The position numbers and the translations under genes are program-made. From the IMG/VR virus record IMGVR_UViG_3300036857_000036, positions 1 to 56,318 of that record: a stretch of DNA of 56,318 nucleotides; one strand, given 5' to 3'. How positions within the stretch are numbered: position 1 is the first letter of the stretch; every line of letters starts with the position of its first letter. Source of the stretch: a virus (Duplodnaviria; Caudoviricetes). The notes below the pieces were generated by a model. The model was not told the DNA's origin and did no database searches. It saw only the letters and a list, made by a program, of their open reading frames with translations. Positions 1-8,992 of the stretch are shown here, piece by piece.

Positions 1-110
1 GTACTTCTCCATCACCTGGTCCAACACTGCGGAGAATGGATCATCAGGATCTGACGGGAGTGCCATGCTCCTCGTGTGCTGCGAACCAGCCATCCACACG
101 CTCCTTGATC
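1..110. repeat. Terminal overlap, copy 1 (identical to 56209-56318)
   Basis: gtacttctcc...ctccttgatc is found at both ends and falls inside genes, so it indicates circular assembly. Confidence 0.95.
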
Positions 111-742
111 TTGTTGTATGCGGAGATACCCTCGTGAACGTCCTCGAAGGGCAAGTCCATGTCAATTGCCTTGACGTTGTGACTCGCTCGGATCAGTATG
201 CACACCATCCTTCCGTAGATGTTACCAGCCTCGATCAGATCCTCTGGCAGATCATCAAGGACGGCACAGACGCGCTCTGGATCGACTCGCCGCGCGAGTT
301 CCACGTACTTGTGCTCGTCGTAGAGAAGATGATCGTAGACGATCCCGTTGTGCGCCAACCAAAAGCGAGTGTCTGGATCAATGCCGTCGAGCCGGAGGTA
401 TGGCCGTGTCGTGCAAAGCCAGAGCTCAGCCCCAAGCTCTCGCACTCGATGAGTCAGTCCAGCCGCCCATGGCTTTACCGGCATGCTCCGTTTCTGTGCT
501 CCTTGACGGTAGGCGAGCTTGATGTCGTACCAGACGTCAGCAGGCTGCTCCGTCCGATCGAGGAACCAGTCCTTGAAGCCACGGACGCCGTTGTACTCCT
601 CGGGCTGAATCCAGTCGGCTTTCTTCAGGCCCATGTACGCAGAGGCGAAGTTGAGGAAGTGCCGATGATAGTCACCGAGTGTCCCGTCAATGTCGATTGA
701 GACGATCGGTTGAATCGGCTCACTACAGTTGGTGCATCGCAA
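44..742 (-). CDS. HAD-superfamily hydrolase (5'-nucleotidase/phosphatase-like)
   Basis: Motif I SIDIDGTL, motif II CTTRP, acidic motif IV VLDDLPED. Confidence 0.75.
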   Translation of the reverse strand: MRCTNCSEPIQPIVSIDIDGTLGDYHRHFLNFASAYMGLKKADWIQPEEYNGVRGFKDWFLDRTEQPADVWYDIKLAYRQGAQKRSMPVKPWAAGLTHRVRELGAELWLCTTRPYLRLDGIDPDTRFWLAHNGIVYDHLLYDEHKYVELARRVDPERVCAVLDDLPEDLIEAGNIYGRMVCILIRASHNVKAIDMDLPFEDVHEGISAYNKIKERVDGWFAAHEEHGTPVRS

Positions 743-1502
743 TGGTGACCTCCTGGTACGCGCTGTGTGCTAGGACTCCTGGCTGCCACTTGCCGAACCG
801 TCCGATACGCATCCACTCCGGATGGCAGTCGCAGGTGTGCGATATGGGTTTGTGCCCCGTCCGCAACATGCTCTCGGGGAAGTCGCGTCTGCCCTCAGCC
901 CCGAACTCCAGATACTCGTGGAGCCAGAGGCATGAGGATCGGTACCACGGATACTCGGGGTCACCGTTGTAGACAACGACGTTGGGAGTGCCCTCATCAG
1001 CCAACACTCCGCCGGAGTCAGCCATTACCCACATTGGCGCCGACTCGAAGATATGCTCGTTCTTCTCGCACAGTACCGGCGCAGGGATCGAAGACACGAG
1101 TAGGTCGATACCCGAGCGCTCGAAGTAGCGCAGGACGAGAGGCGTGACGTCGCAGTCAATGATCTTGTCCTCGAAGATTTCCCACAACTCATCGTAGGCA
1201 TCCTGCATGTTCCAGGCGTCGTGAACGCCGGGCTCGAACTTGGCCCAGCTTGTCGCATGCATCGGATCGCCGTACACCTTCTTGGCGTAGCCGTCGGCGC
1301 TGCCGTACTTCCTGTACTCGACCGGCGCATACCTCGGGCTGAGACCAGGGATTGGCTTGTGGAGGTACTGCGCCCCGTGAATGACCGACTTCTCCCTGCG
1401 ACTGAAGATATGTACGTCGGTGAATGGGATCGCGTCTGCTGCGTAGGCCGCCATGAGCCCGGCAGGACCACATCCCAGAACAACAACTTTCTTATGCTTC
1501 AT
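723..1502 (-). CDS. FAD/NAD(P)-binding oxidoreductase (UGM/HemY-like flavoprotein superfamily)
   Basis: Rossmann VVVLGCGPAGLMAA, HGAQYLH, C-terminal IGRFGKW; start at 1502 gives an ATGA overlap with the upstream gene. Confidence 0.75.
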   Translation of the reverse strand: MKHKKVVVLGCGPAGLMAAYAADAIPFTDVHIFSRREKSVIHGAQYLHKPIPGLSPRYAPVEYRKYGSADGYAKKVYGDPMHATSWAKFEPGVHDAWNMQDAYDELWEIFEDKIIDCDVTPLVLRYFERSGIDLLVSSIPAPVLCEKNEHIFESAPMWVMADSGGVLADEGTPNVVVYNGDPEYPWYRSSCLWLHEYLEFGAEGRRDFPESMLRTGHKPISHTCDCHPEWMRIGRFGKWQPGVLAHSAYQEVTIAMHQL

Positions 1503-4213
1503 GTAATGCTCCGCGCTATCTCGACGGCCCAAGGGGCCACCTCATATTTGCCACCACTTGCAGTCACCGCATGCATGCCGCTAAGTTTGTTGATGTAGAT
1601 ACCCCCGGCATCTACGGCCCCGAGACCAAAACCCGCCAACTCTCCATTCATCAGTTGCTGACGAACATTGATCGGTGCCGTCTGCAAGAACTCCCGCAGT
1701 TCACCTCCATAGTTCTCGCCGGCATGCTCGACGAGTTCCTCATGCTTCTTGATTTCAACGAGACCAAGCTCGCGCGCTCCCAGGAACCGCTCGTACAGTC
1801 GCCGGGCAGCCTCGATGTGCTCGGACTTGACGATCAGACGATGCCCGTCTTTCGTAGAAAACAGGCGAGCAGCAAGAGCCACAGCCATCCTAGCAAGCCT
1901 GACCCCCGCTTCATTCGGCTGGAAGATTGGGACGGTTGTTGTGAAATCACTACTAAGAGCCTTGCTGTGCTTCCAGATAGCTGTCCTTGCCGGCCGCGTC
2001 CACCGCACGTCATCTGCCTTGCGAGACCAGGCCCACAAGACGAGCCACCGCAGGACTTCCTGCGATTCGTCATCCAGTCCTCCATATGTCTTCTGGGCTT
2101 TGTCGAGTTCCTTGCCGACGTTGCCCTTGATGTATAGCGGGATGTCCACTCGCGCCAGATCTTCGGCCTGTCCCATCTGATCGCGAAGTGCGTCGATCCC
2201 ATTTGCGTACCGCGCCCGCCTACCATTAGCGAGCCACAACAGTCTGACCTGCGCTTGAACCTCAGCCGCGCGAATCTTGCTGACTTGGACCACGCCGCGC
2301 GAGCGCATGTCAGACATCTGCGCTATTTGCTCAGTACGTAGACCCTGCGCCTCATCCAGCGCGACGAGCCCACGATTGTTTAGAGGCAAAACCCCAACCG
2401 ATCCTCCCCAAGTTTCCCGGCCAGAGCCGAGGCGCTTGTCTACTCCGAACAGGAGTCCGGCGACGGAGGCATTTTCAGAGGATTGGTAGTGACCTCGTTG
2501 ATACAGATCGAGCAGTTTGGAGGCAGTCGTAGACTTACCACTACGCGTTTCACCGACGGCGAGTAGCTCCATCCAGCCACGAGTGACGACACTTCCCCCA
2601 AACCGGAAATGTAGCACTGAGTGATAGACCAGATCTGTTGCCATGTGTAGTAGTCGTTGTCCATAGATCTCAGTCACGTGGTACTCTAGTTGTTCCGAAA
2701 TCTGCTCAAGACGTTCATCCGGTGTTCCCGCGAAGCGCGCGACCCATTGCTGTGCCCGCTCCACATCGTCGGCTCCTGGGCTGAAGGAGTCAAGGTCTTG
2801 GACCGCAGGCTCACACTCGGTCGCCATGAAGATGGCCCGCTGTCCCCGTGGAGCCACCCGCAGCTTACCACGAAACCGATACGCCTGATTGAGACCAGGA
2901 GGCTTACCTTCGTGACGTAGGACAACTGGGTAGGCTTCCTCGGCAAGATTGGAGCCATTCCGAATCTCGCAGTCCCACGCGGAGTGGTACGTCGCTCGGA
3001 CATCGACCTTGGGGCAGTTGTGCGGAGCCCCTGAAGCACGGCGGAAAAGCTGGTTCCGCTTCTCAACGCTGCCGCTTGCTCCAAGAAGCTCCAGGTGGAG
3101 TTCGTGACTCTCCCCAATTGGAGTCTTGAGATCACCGCCGCGTTGGCCCACCGGGCATACCGCGCATCTCTTAGGGTCCCAATCATAGTTACAGCGTGCC
3201 TCCAAACTTCTAGGTAGCAGTATCTGTGTTGAGAAGATCGAGGCCAGAGTACCAACCACCTCGACCGACTTGCCCTCCATATTGCCCGACCGGAGTTCCT
3301 CATAATCGGCCGGAGTGTAAAGAAGCTCATCCTTGACTTCGCTGATGGGTTTTGCTAGCTTCTTCAGCTTGCTGATCGTCCCGCCGTCAATGAAGAAGTC
3401 CGTCAGATCCTTCCGCGAACCCATCGGATACGGCAGGTCGATAACGAGCAGTTTGCCGGCGATGTTTGAAAGTTTGTCTACGATCCTACGTGTTGCGCGC
3501 CGCCCATCCGCGTCGCGATCGAAACACACGTAAACGGTCAAGCCTTTGAACCAATCGGACCAGTTCTCCCGCCAGCGTCCGGTGCTCTTAGCGCCCGATG
3601 TACCAGTTACTGCTGGGAGCCCTTGCTGGTTGCAAATCAGCGCATCAAGTTCACCTTCGCAGATCATCACCTCCTTTGGATCGTCAAGGAAGATGTTGAT
3701 TGGATACAATCTCGGTGGACTCCCCCAACCGGGCCAATTCTTCATCTTGGGATCGAGAGTGTGCGAGTACTGCCTGATGTTGACGAGCTTACCTGCGTCA
3801 TCGTAGACAGGTATTGTGAAGCGTTGCCCGTTCCAGCCAATGCCGTATCGCTGGAGCGTATCTGGGTTCAGCCCACGGCGGATTTCGAGCCACTCCAGTA
3901 GATCACTGTTCCCCAACAACGCCGACTGCCAACCGTCCAGACGGGCTGAATCAGGGAACGGCCGCTTGTCGCCATTCGAGCTTGTGGTTCCAGGTTCACG
4001 ATTTGCAGGCAGCCATTCCGCACGCTGCTTGAGGAGCAGATCGAGTGTTCCACCGCCGCAGCTAGCAAAGCAGTTCCACTCGCGCGTCTTGAAGTTCACC
4101 ACGGCCGAACGCCGAGCATCGTCATGGAGAGGACAGATCATGTCGATATCCCCATTTGGACGCTCGGCGCCCGCCAGGTAGGGTTCCAACAGTTGCCTGG
4201 CGCTAGCGGCCAT
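1499..4213 (-). CDS. DNA primase-helicase fusion (CHC2 Zn finger + TOPRIM + MCM-like AAA+ helicase)
   Basis: CPLHDD...WNCFASC; ICEGELDAL and FDRDADG; Walker A GETRSGKST; MCM-like GVLPLNNRGLVALDEAQ. Confidence 0.88.
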   Translation of the reverse strand: MAASARQLLEPYLAGAERPNGDIDMICPLHDDARRSAVVNFKTREWNCFASCGGGTLDLLLKQRAEWLPANREPGTTSSNGDKRPFPDSARLDGWQSALLGNSDLLEWLEIRRGLNPDTLQRYGIGWNGQRFTIPVYDDAGKLVNIRQYSHTLDPKMKNWPGWGSPPRLYPINIFLDDPKEVMICEGELDALICNQQGLPAVTGTSGAKSTGRWRENWSDWFKGLTVYVCFDRDADGRRATRRIVDKLSNIAGKLLVIDLPYPMGSRKDLTDFFIDGGTISKLKKLAKPISEVKDELLYTPADYEELRSGNMEGKSVEVVGTLASIFSTQILLPRSLEARCNYDWDPKRCAVCPVGQRGGDLKTPIGESHELHLELLGASGSVEKRNQLFRRASGAPHNCPKVDVRATYHSAWDCEIRNGSNLAEEAYPVVLRHEGKPPGLNQAYRFRGKLRVAPRGQRAIFMATECEPAVQDLDSFSPGADDVERAQQWVARFAGTPDERLEQISEQLEYHVTEIYGQRLLHMATDLVYHSVLHFRFGGSVVTRGWMELLAVGETRSGKSTTASKLLDLYQRGHYQSSENASVAGLLFGVDKRLGSGRETWGGSVGVLPLNNRGLVALDEAQGLRTEQIAQMSDMRSRGVVQVSKIRAAEVQAQVRLLWLANGRRARYANGIDALRDQMGQAEDLARVDIPLYIKGNVGKELDKAQKTYGGLDDESQEVLRWLVLWAWSRKADDVRWTRPARTAIWKHSKALSSDFTTTVPIFQPNEAGVRLARMAVALAARLFSTKDGHRLIVKSEHIEAARRLYERFLGARELGLVEIKKHEELVEHAGENYGGELREFLQTAPINVRQQLMNGELAGFGLGAVDAGGIYINKLSGMHAVTASGGKYEVAPWAVEIARSIT

Positions 4214-4235
4214 GATGCTTGCCCCCGCAAGTGGT

Positions 4236-4457
4236 CTCGGAGAGGTTGGTCAAGGATTCCCGGGTGCTGGGACCGGCGTAGTACCGGCCAAGCCCACCCC
4301 ACGAGCGGTCCAGCGTTACGCTCCGCTCACTCATTTCGCCATGCCTATGGCTGCCGCTCGGGCCATTTACCAGGCTGCGTGCTACGTCTAGCCTTCGTCC
4401 TGGCACCAACATGGTTTATCGCCTAACTGTCCTTGGCCTGCGCCGTCCCTCTCCAAG
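4236..4457 (-). ncRNA. Candidate structured RNA between the SSB and primase-helicase genes
   Basis: 10-bp closing stem (4448-4457 with 4236-4245) enclosing at least four hairpins; no convincing ORF. Confidence 0.4.
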
Positions 4458-4468
4458 TTGTTGTGGCC

Positions 4469-5599
4469 CTAGAAGGGCTTGTCCTCCTTGGCGTCGTCCT
4501 TGCGGAGTCGGCTGACGAGAGCGCGCTTGGTGCCCTTGGTGGCGAGGGAGCGTTGCTCCAACTCCTCCTTCAGATCGTCGAGCGACCACTCCTCGTAGTC
4601 GTCGGCGTCATCGTCGGCCTCCGCATCCTCGGAGGGCACCTCGATTTCCAGCGCCTCGGCCACCTTGCCGCGCAGGTCGTCCAGGTCGGTCTTGGGCGTG
4701 ACGCGGATGCCGAGTTCCTCGTCCTTGATCAGCTGTCGCAGGTCCGGCTTCGACATGCCCGAGATGTCCTCCCAGGTGTAGTCGTCCTCGCCAGCTTCGT
4801 CCTCGGGCTCCTCAGGCTCGTCCTCGGGGATGTCCTCGATTTCCAGAGCCTCCGCGACTTCCATGCGCAGGTCTTCCACGTCGGTCGTCCTGGTGACCTT
4901 GATGTCCAGTTCTTCGTCCTTGATGAGCTGGCGCAGTTCGGCCTTGTCGAGCGACTCCACGTCCTCCCACGTGTACTCGTCGCCCTCACCGTCCTGGTCC
5001 TCGTCCTCCTGCTCCTCGGCGTCGCTCTCGCGCAGCCGCTCGATCAGGGCCTTCTTGGACCCGCGCGTCGGCAGGTCCCGCTCAGACAGCTCTGCCTTGA
5101 GCTTCGACAGCGCCATGCTGTCGTAGTCGTCCTCAGTGGTCGCAGCCACTTCCTTCTCCTCATCGTCGAATGACTCGCCTGCCCCGGCGCCATCTTCTGC
5201 CGGGAACATGCGACGGATACGGGCCTGCTCGTCGAACCCCCGCGCGTCATCGGCCGGACGGATGAACGTCTTGATGCCGATGATCTTGCCGACCAGGTCC
5301 TTGTCGGTGTCGAGTGTTCCCGACTCCGATGTCTTGCGATCGGTCACGACCGCCGCCGCCTCCAGAAGCTCCCGCAGCTTCCATGCGGCTGAATCCGACT
5401 CCATGTTGACGTACTCGTACAGCTTCGCGCCGTTGAAGTCAGAGTCGTTGACGATTTCGACCACCAGCTCGATCCGCTCATCCTTGCCCTCGGGCTTGGT
5501 GATGTCCGCGCTCGTGATCTTCGCCTGGTAGACGTTGGGCGACGGGACCTTGCGCTGACCGGCCTCGACACCGCGAACGTCGTACTTCACACGCGCCAT
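4469..5599 (-). CDS. DUF669-like ssDNA-binding protein with an acidic tail carrying two SAP domains and two helical repeats
   Basis: N-terminal YQAKITSADI...AWKLRELLEA...LVGK; SAP-like LKAELSERDLPTRGSKKALIERL and LKEELEQRSLATKGTKRALVSRL; ends in KPF; sits next to the Sak4-like ATPase. Confidence 0.75.
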   Translation of the reverse strand: MARVKYDVRGVEAGQRKVPSPNVYQAKITSADITKPEGKDERIELVVEIVNDSDFNGAKLYEYVNMESDSAAWKLRELLEAAAVVTDRKTSESGTLDTDKDLVGKIIGIKTFIRPADDARGFDEQARIRRMFPAEDGAGAGESFDDEEKEVAATTEDDYDSMALSKLKAELSERDLPTRGSKKALIERLRESDAEEQEDEDQDGEGDEYTWEDVESLDKAELRQLIKDEELDIKVTRTTDVEDLRMEVAEALEIEDIPEDEPEEPEDEAGEDDYTWEDISGMSKPDLRQLIKDEELGIRVTPKTDLDDLRGKVAEALEIEVPSEDAEADDDADDYEEWSLDDLKEELEQRSLATKGTKRALVSRLRKDDAKEDKPF

Positions 5600-5605
5600 T
5601 GCGCG

Positions 5606-6409
5606 TTACCTCCTTGATGTTGTGCGCTGAACTCGCCGTCGTCGAGCTGTTCCGCGCCTTGGTGGACTACCGTTGCGTCTGCTTGCTTGGGCGGCCTTGA
5701 TTGCCTCCTCAATCTTCGGCATTGTTGGATCGACAAGTCGGCCATCCTCGCCGAACGCATCGAACTGGTCTTTGGCCTCGTAGCGCTCAGTCCCGTGCGT
5801 ACGAAGCACGCGGCGGTTCTTGCCCTTGTCGTCCGTAACGACTTCCAGATAGCCGACGATGTTCATGTAACCCTGGATCTTCGTCGACATGTTCTTCCCT
5901 TGAACCCAGGGCTGAAGCTTGGTCTCGTTGGTAACGGGATTCAACAACTCCGCAGGATGAGCCGTAATCCCGAGGTTGAAGCCGGGGAATGATACCATGT
6001 CCCGGACCCACTGCTGGAGTCGCCACATGTTGATGCCGTACTCCAACTTGTCGAGCGTGTACTCAGCCCGGTGCGGGTAGCGAGCAATTGTACCGTCCCA
6101 GATGTCGTCAAGGCCCGTGTCCTGGAACAGACTGATCGAGTCAAGCCAAATCCAGCTGTAGTGCTTGGCGCCTTCATGCTTGGCGAACTCGCGGACGTTG
6201 TACATCTCGGACCAGTCATATACCTCCCACTTCTCCGCGCCTATGACACGGATCGACTCGGTGTGATCCGTTGGCGGTTTGACGATCAAGGTCTTTGGTC
6301 CAGACGAACCGATCAGCCTGGTCTTGCCGTTGCCCGGCGGACCATACAGCATGAAGCAGATCTTGTTTGTCGGCGTCATGACCGGTTGAATCTCTTTCGG
6401 CTTAGCCAT
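5606..6409 (-). CDS. AAA_24/Sak4-like ATPase (RecA-fold ssDNA annealing protein)
   Basis: MLYGPPGNGKT, IWLDSIS, ITAH, EAKDQF; lies between the nuclease and SSB. Confidence 0.8.
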   Translation of the reverse strand: MAKPKEIQPVMTPTNKICFMLYGPPGNGKTRLIGSSGPKTLIVKPPTDHTESIRVIGAEKWEVYDWSEMYNVREFAKHEGAKHYSWIWLDSISLFQDTGLDDIWDGTIARYPHRAEYTLDKLEYGINMWRLQQWVRDMVSFPGFNLGITAHPAELLNPVTNETKLQPWVQGKNMSTKIQGYMNIVGYLEVVTDDKGKNRRVLRTHGTERYEAKDQFDAFGEDGRLVDPTMPKIEEAIKAAQASRRNGSPPRRGTARRRRVQRTTSRR

Positions 6410-6632
6410 TTAGCCGCCTCCTTTCACTTGCTTGCTTACTCTCGTCTGCGGCTCGCCTCCAGCTATCGATGGAGGAATGTCCATTCAGAAATGGACGCAG
6501 GGACTGTCTGTGTGATAGCTCGTCCGTCTGGCGAGCCTTCTTCAGTGCCCGCTTTCCAAGCAGGAATCCGCTCATGCCTAGAAGCAGTCCCGCGAGCGCT
6601 ATCACCATTAGGACGATGTTTGTCAAAGTCAT
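6402..6632 (-). CDS. Small membrane protein
   Basis: N-terminal hydrophobic helix; overlaps both neighbours. Confidence 0.6.
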   Translation of the reverse strand: MTLTNIVLMVIALAGLLLGMSGFLLGKRALKKARQTDELSHRQSLRPFLNGHSSIDSWRRAADESKQASERRRLNG

Positions 6633-7648
6633 CTCTTTTCGTCAAACTCAATTTCGTGTTGGGAGTAGGGGTCCCATGCTTCCGTGGTTGCGGATAGCAT
6701 CGGCTTCCAGTCATTGCCCGTTTCGTGAAGCTCACAAACATCGAGCCAGGCACATCCCTTACAGTGCCACATGCTGGGACTCTTGTTTGACGGTAGCTCC
6801 CCACGCCGGACCATTTGCATCTCACGATAGTCATTCATCGCGCGACGCCGCACTTCTTCCTTGTCGTGCTCCGATCTGTATGTCGGCTCACGGTGAAAAA
6901 TCTCGCTAGGCTGCCGCTTGCTAACCGAGCCGTCCTTGTTGAGATAGTGACCGTCGGCGTTCTGCAGACGATCATCGCGCTTCGCGCGCCGGAGCAAGTT
7001 GACGAGCAAGCCGCTGAGATCCTTGAATTGGCTCTGGCGCAGAATGCCCTCAGTCCTCAGCCAGTCACTCCCGAACGTCCAGTACGAACCAAACTGATCA
7101 TTCATCGGCATCGCGTAGAGGACGTCAGTGAAAGCTCGGCAAGTCTTGTGATCCCAGATCCAGATTCGCTTCGTGCTGATCTCCTTCATGATGAGATCGA
7201 GAATGCCGGTATACGTGAACATATACCGGCCCGTCCGCGGGTTCAGGACCGGAACCTGGAATGGCTGCTCTGTGGCGATTACCTCCCAACCTCGATCACC
7301 ACGGTAGCGCTCGACGTACATCTCCAGCAAGTCGATCCCAAGTTGGCGAGCGTCCACCCATTCCTCGCCTTCAAGAATATCCCCAGTCTCCGCAAAGACA
7401 GCGAACTCACCGGCCACCTTGATGTCCGCGTCGTAGACCTTCCTGAACGCCTTGGCAGGATGAAGCCCGCGCTTCTTGCCTTTGACGTAATACATCGCCA
7501 GCGCCTCGTGAACGAGAGTCCCGAATCGCAACACCGGCGCATCCCTGCGCTGTCTGAGCCTCTCCTCAAAAGAGAGGTTCCAGGCCCATCTACACCTTTT
7601 GAACGCAGATCGCTCGGATGTTCTCACAAGAGTGGTTTCGTTGCCCAT
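6629..7648 (-). CDS. Cas4-like/PD-(D/E)XK exonuclease
   Basis: SERSAFKRCRWAW, FGTLVHEAL, GILDLI...IWDHKT, C-terminal HCKGCAWLDVC; GGAG RBS before the 7648 ATG. Confidence 0.85.
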   Translation of the reverse strand: MGNETTLVRTSERSAFKRCRWAWNLSFEERLRQRRDAPVLRFGTLVHEALAMYYVKGKKRGLHPAKAFRKVYDADIKVAGEFAVFAETGDILEGEEWVDARQLGIDLLEMYVERYRGDRGWEVIATEQPFQVPVLNPRTGRYMFTYTGILDLIMKEISTKRIWIWDHKTCRAFTDVLYAMPMNDQFGSYWTFGSDWLRTEGILRQSQFKDLSGLLVNLLRRAKRDDRLQNADGHYLNKDGSVSKRQPSEIFHREPTYRSEHDKEEVRRRAMNDYREMQMVRRGELPSNKSPSMWHCKGCAWLDVCELHETGNDWKPMLSATTEAWDPYSQHEIEFDEKR

Positions 7649-7763
7649 TGCTCCAGACCTTTGGCAGTTAGGTGGCGGTCCCGCTGACTGGGCGGCGGAC
7701 TGGAGATACACCGTATCCAGTCAGCGGAACCGCGATGACGCGCTCGGCCTAGCGCGAGCCCCT

Positions 7764-7796
7764 AGTCTACCTTTGCTTCATAAAGCGAACCTAAAG
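7764..7796 (-). promoter_or_regulatory. Phage-specific promoter motif, copy 1
   Basis: Minus strand CTTTAG-N5-CTTTATG-N8-GTAGACT; same spacing at 14206 and 48347. Confidence 0.75.
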
Positions 7797-7799
7797 GCT

Positions 7800-7979
7800 T
7801 CATTCTGGGACTTCTGGGGCCTCAACGACGCTGAGGACTTCCTGGATCGTCCCATCGTGATCTTCGACCTTCGTGAAGACTCCCTCCTGAAGTGTATCAA
7901 CTGCCTCGCCAGGAGAAGTCGCATACACGATGTACTTCCGCTCCACGAGTTCCTTGACGTTGATTTCCCACCGCTGCAT
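7800..7979 (-). CDS. Hypothetical protein
   Basis: MQRWEINVKE... with GGAGGGG RBS. Confidence 0.6.
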   Translation of the reverse strand: MQRWEINVKELVERKYIVYATSPGEAVDTLQEGVFTKVEDHDGTIQEVLSVVEAPEVPE

Positions 7980-7987
7980 GTCCCCTC

Positions 7988-8380
<393 letters not shown>

Positions 8381-8389
8381 TTAGGTGAA

Positions 8390-8431
8390 GGCTCCGGCGT
8401 CGGCCCCCACTTTAGAAACCACGCCGGAGCC
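8390..8431. terminator. GC-rich intergenic hairpin
   Basis: GGCTCCGGCGT / ACGCCGGAGCC inverted repeat; no clear U tract. Confidence 0.4.
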
Positions 8432-8441
8432 CTCAGTTGGA

Positions 8442-8942
8442 TCAGGCCGTCGCCGTCGGAGTCACGTCATCCGACGGGCCACTGTCGAACGTGCTACGCC
8501 CCTGGATGCAGTCCTTCGCAACCAGGTTCACGCTCGGCCGGAAGAAGCCGGCACGCACCTGAACCACGCCGACGCAGTGGAAGTGCCGCACGCGGAACCG
8601 CCTCACGATCTTTGTGTGATGCGGAGGCTGCGGGCCGCCACGGACGCTGCTGATGTGGACGCGCGTGAACCCGAGGAACACGCGGTCGCTGATGTCCGCC
8701 GAGAACAGGCAGTAGAACCTGGGGAAGCGGGCAGAGGTCTGCTGAACGCACGCCGGCACGTCAGCCGGTGCGTCGAGTGTCGCCCTGCCTCGCGCATCCA
8801 CCAGGCTCCGGGCGTTGCGCTGGACGAAGTTGCCGGTAGCGGTCTGCGCTCCCGACTGGTCCAGGGTGGGAGCCTGGGCGGACGCCCCGGCGGGGATCAG
8901 CAGCATGGCCGAGAGTCCGGCCAGGCACAGCAAGCGACGCAT
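8442..8942 (-). CDS. Secreted Cys-containing protein of unknown function
   Basis: Signal peptide MRRLLCLAGLSAMLLIPAGASA-Q; four Cys in the mature part; AAGGAG RBS. Confidence 0.7.
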   Translation of the reverse strand: MRRLLCLAGLSAMLLIPAGASAQAPTLDQSGAQTATGNFVQRNARSLVDARGRATLDAPADVPACVQQTSARFPRFYCLFSADISDRVFLGFTRVHISSVRGGPQPPHHTKIVRRFRVRHFHCVGVVQVRAGFFRPSVNLVAKDCIQGRSTFDSGPSDDVTPTATA

Positions 8943-8992
8943 GTCGCTCCTTTCTTGGCGCCTAGTGGCGCCGGTTGTGTTGGGGTACGTCA

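Noticed and set aside
4203-4412. 69-aa ORF upstream of the primase
   Set aside because: No clear RBS and atypical composition; the region is better explained as structured RNA, though not excluded.
6629-7648. Cas4-like gene as part of a CRISPR system
   Set aside because: No array or other cas genes; it sits in a typical nuclease-Sak4-SSB recombination module.
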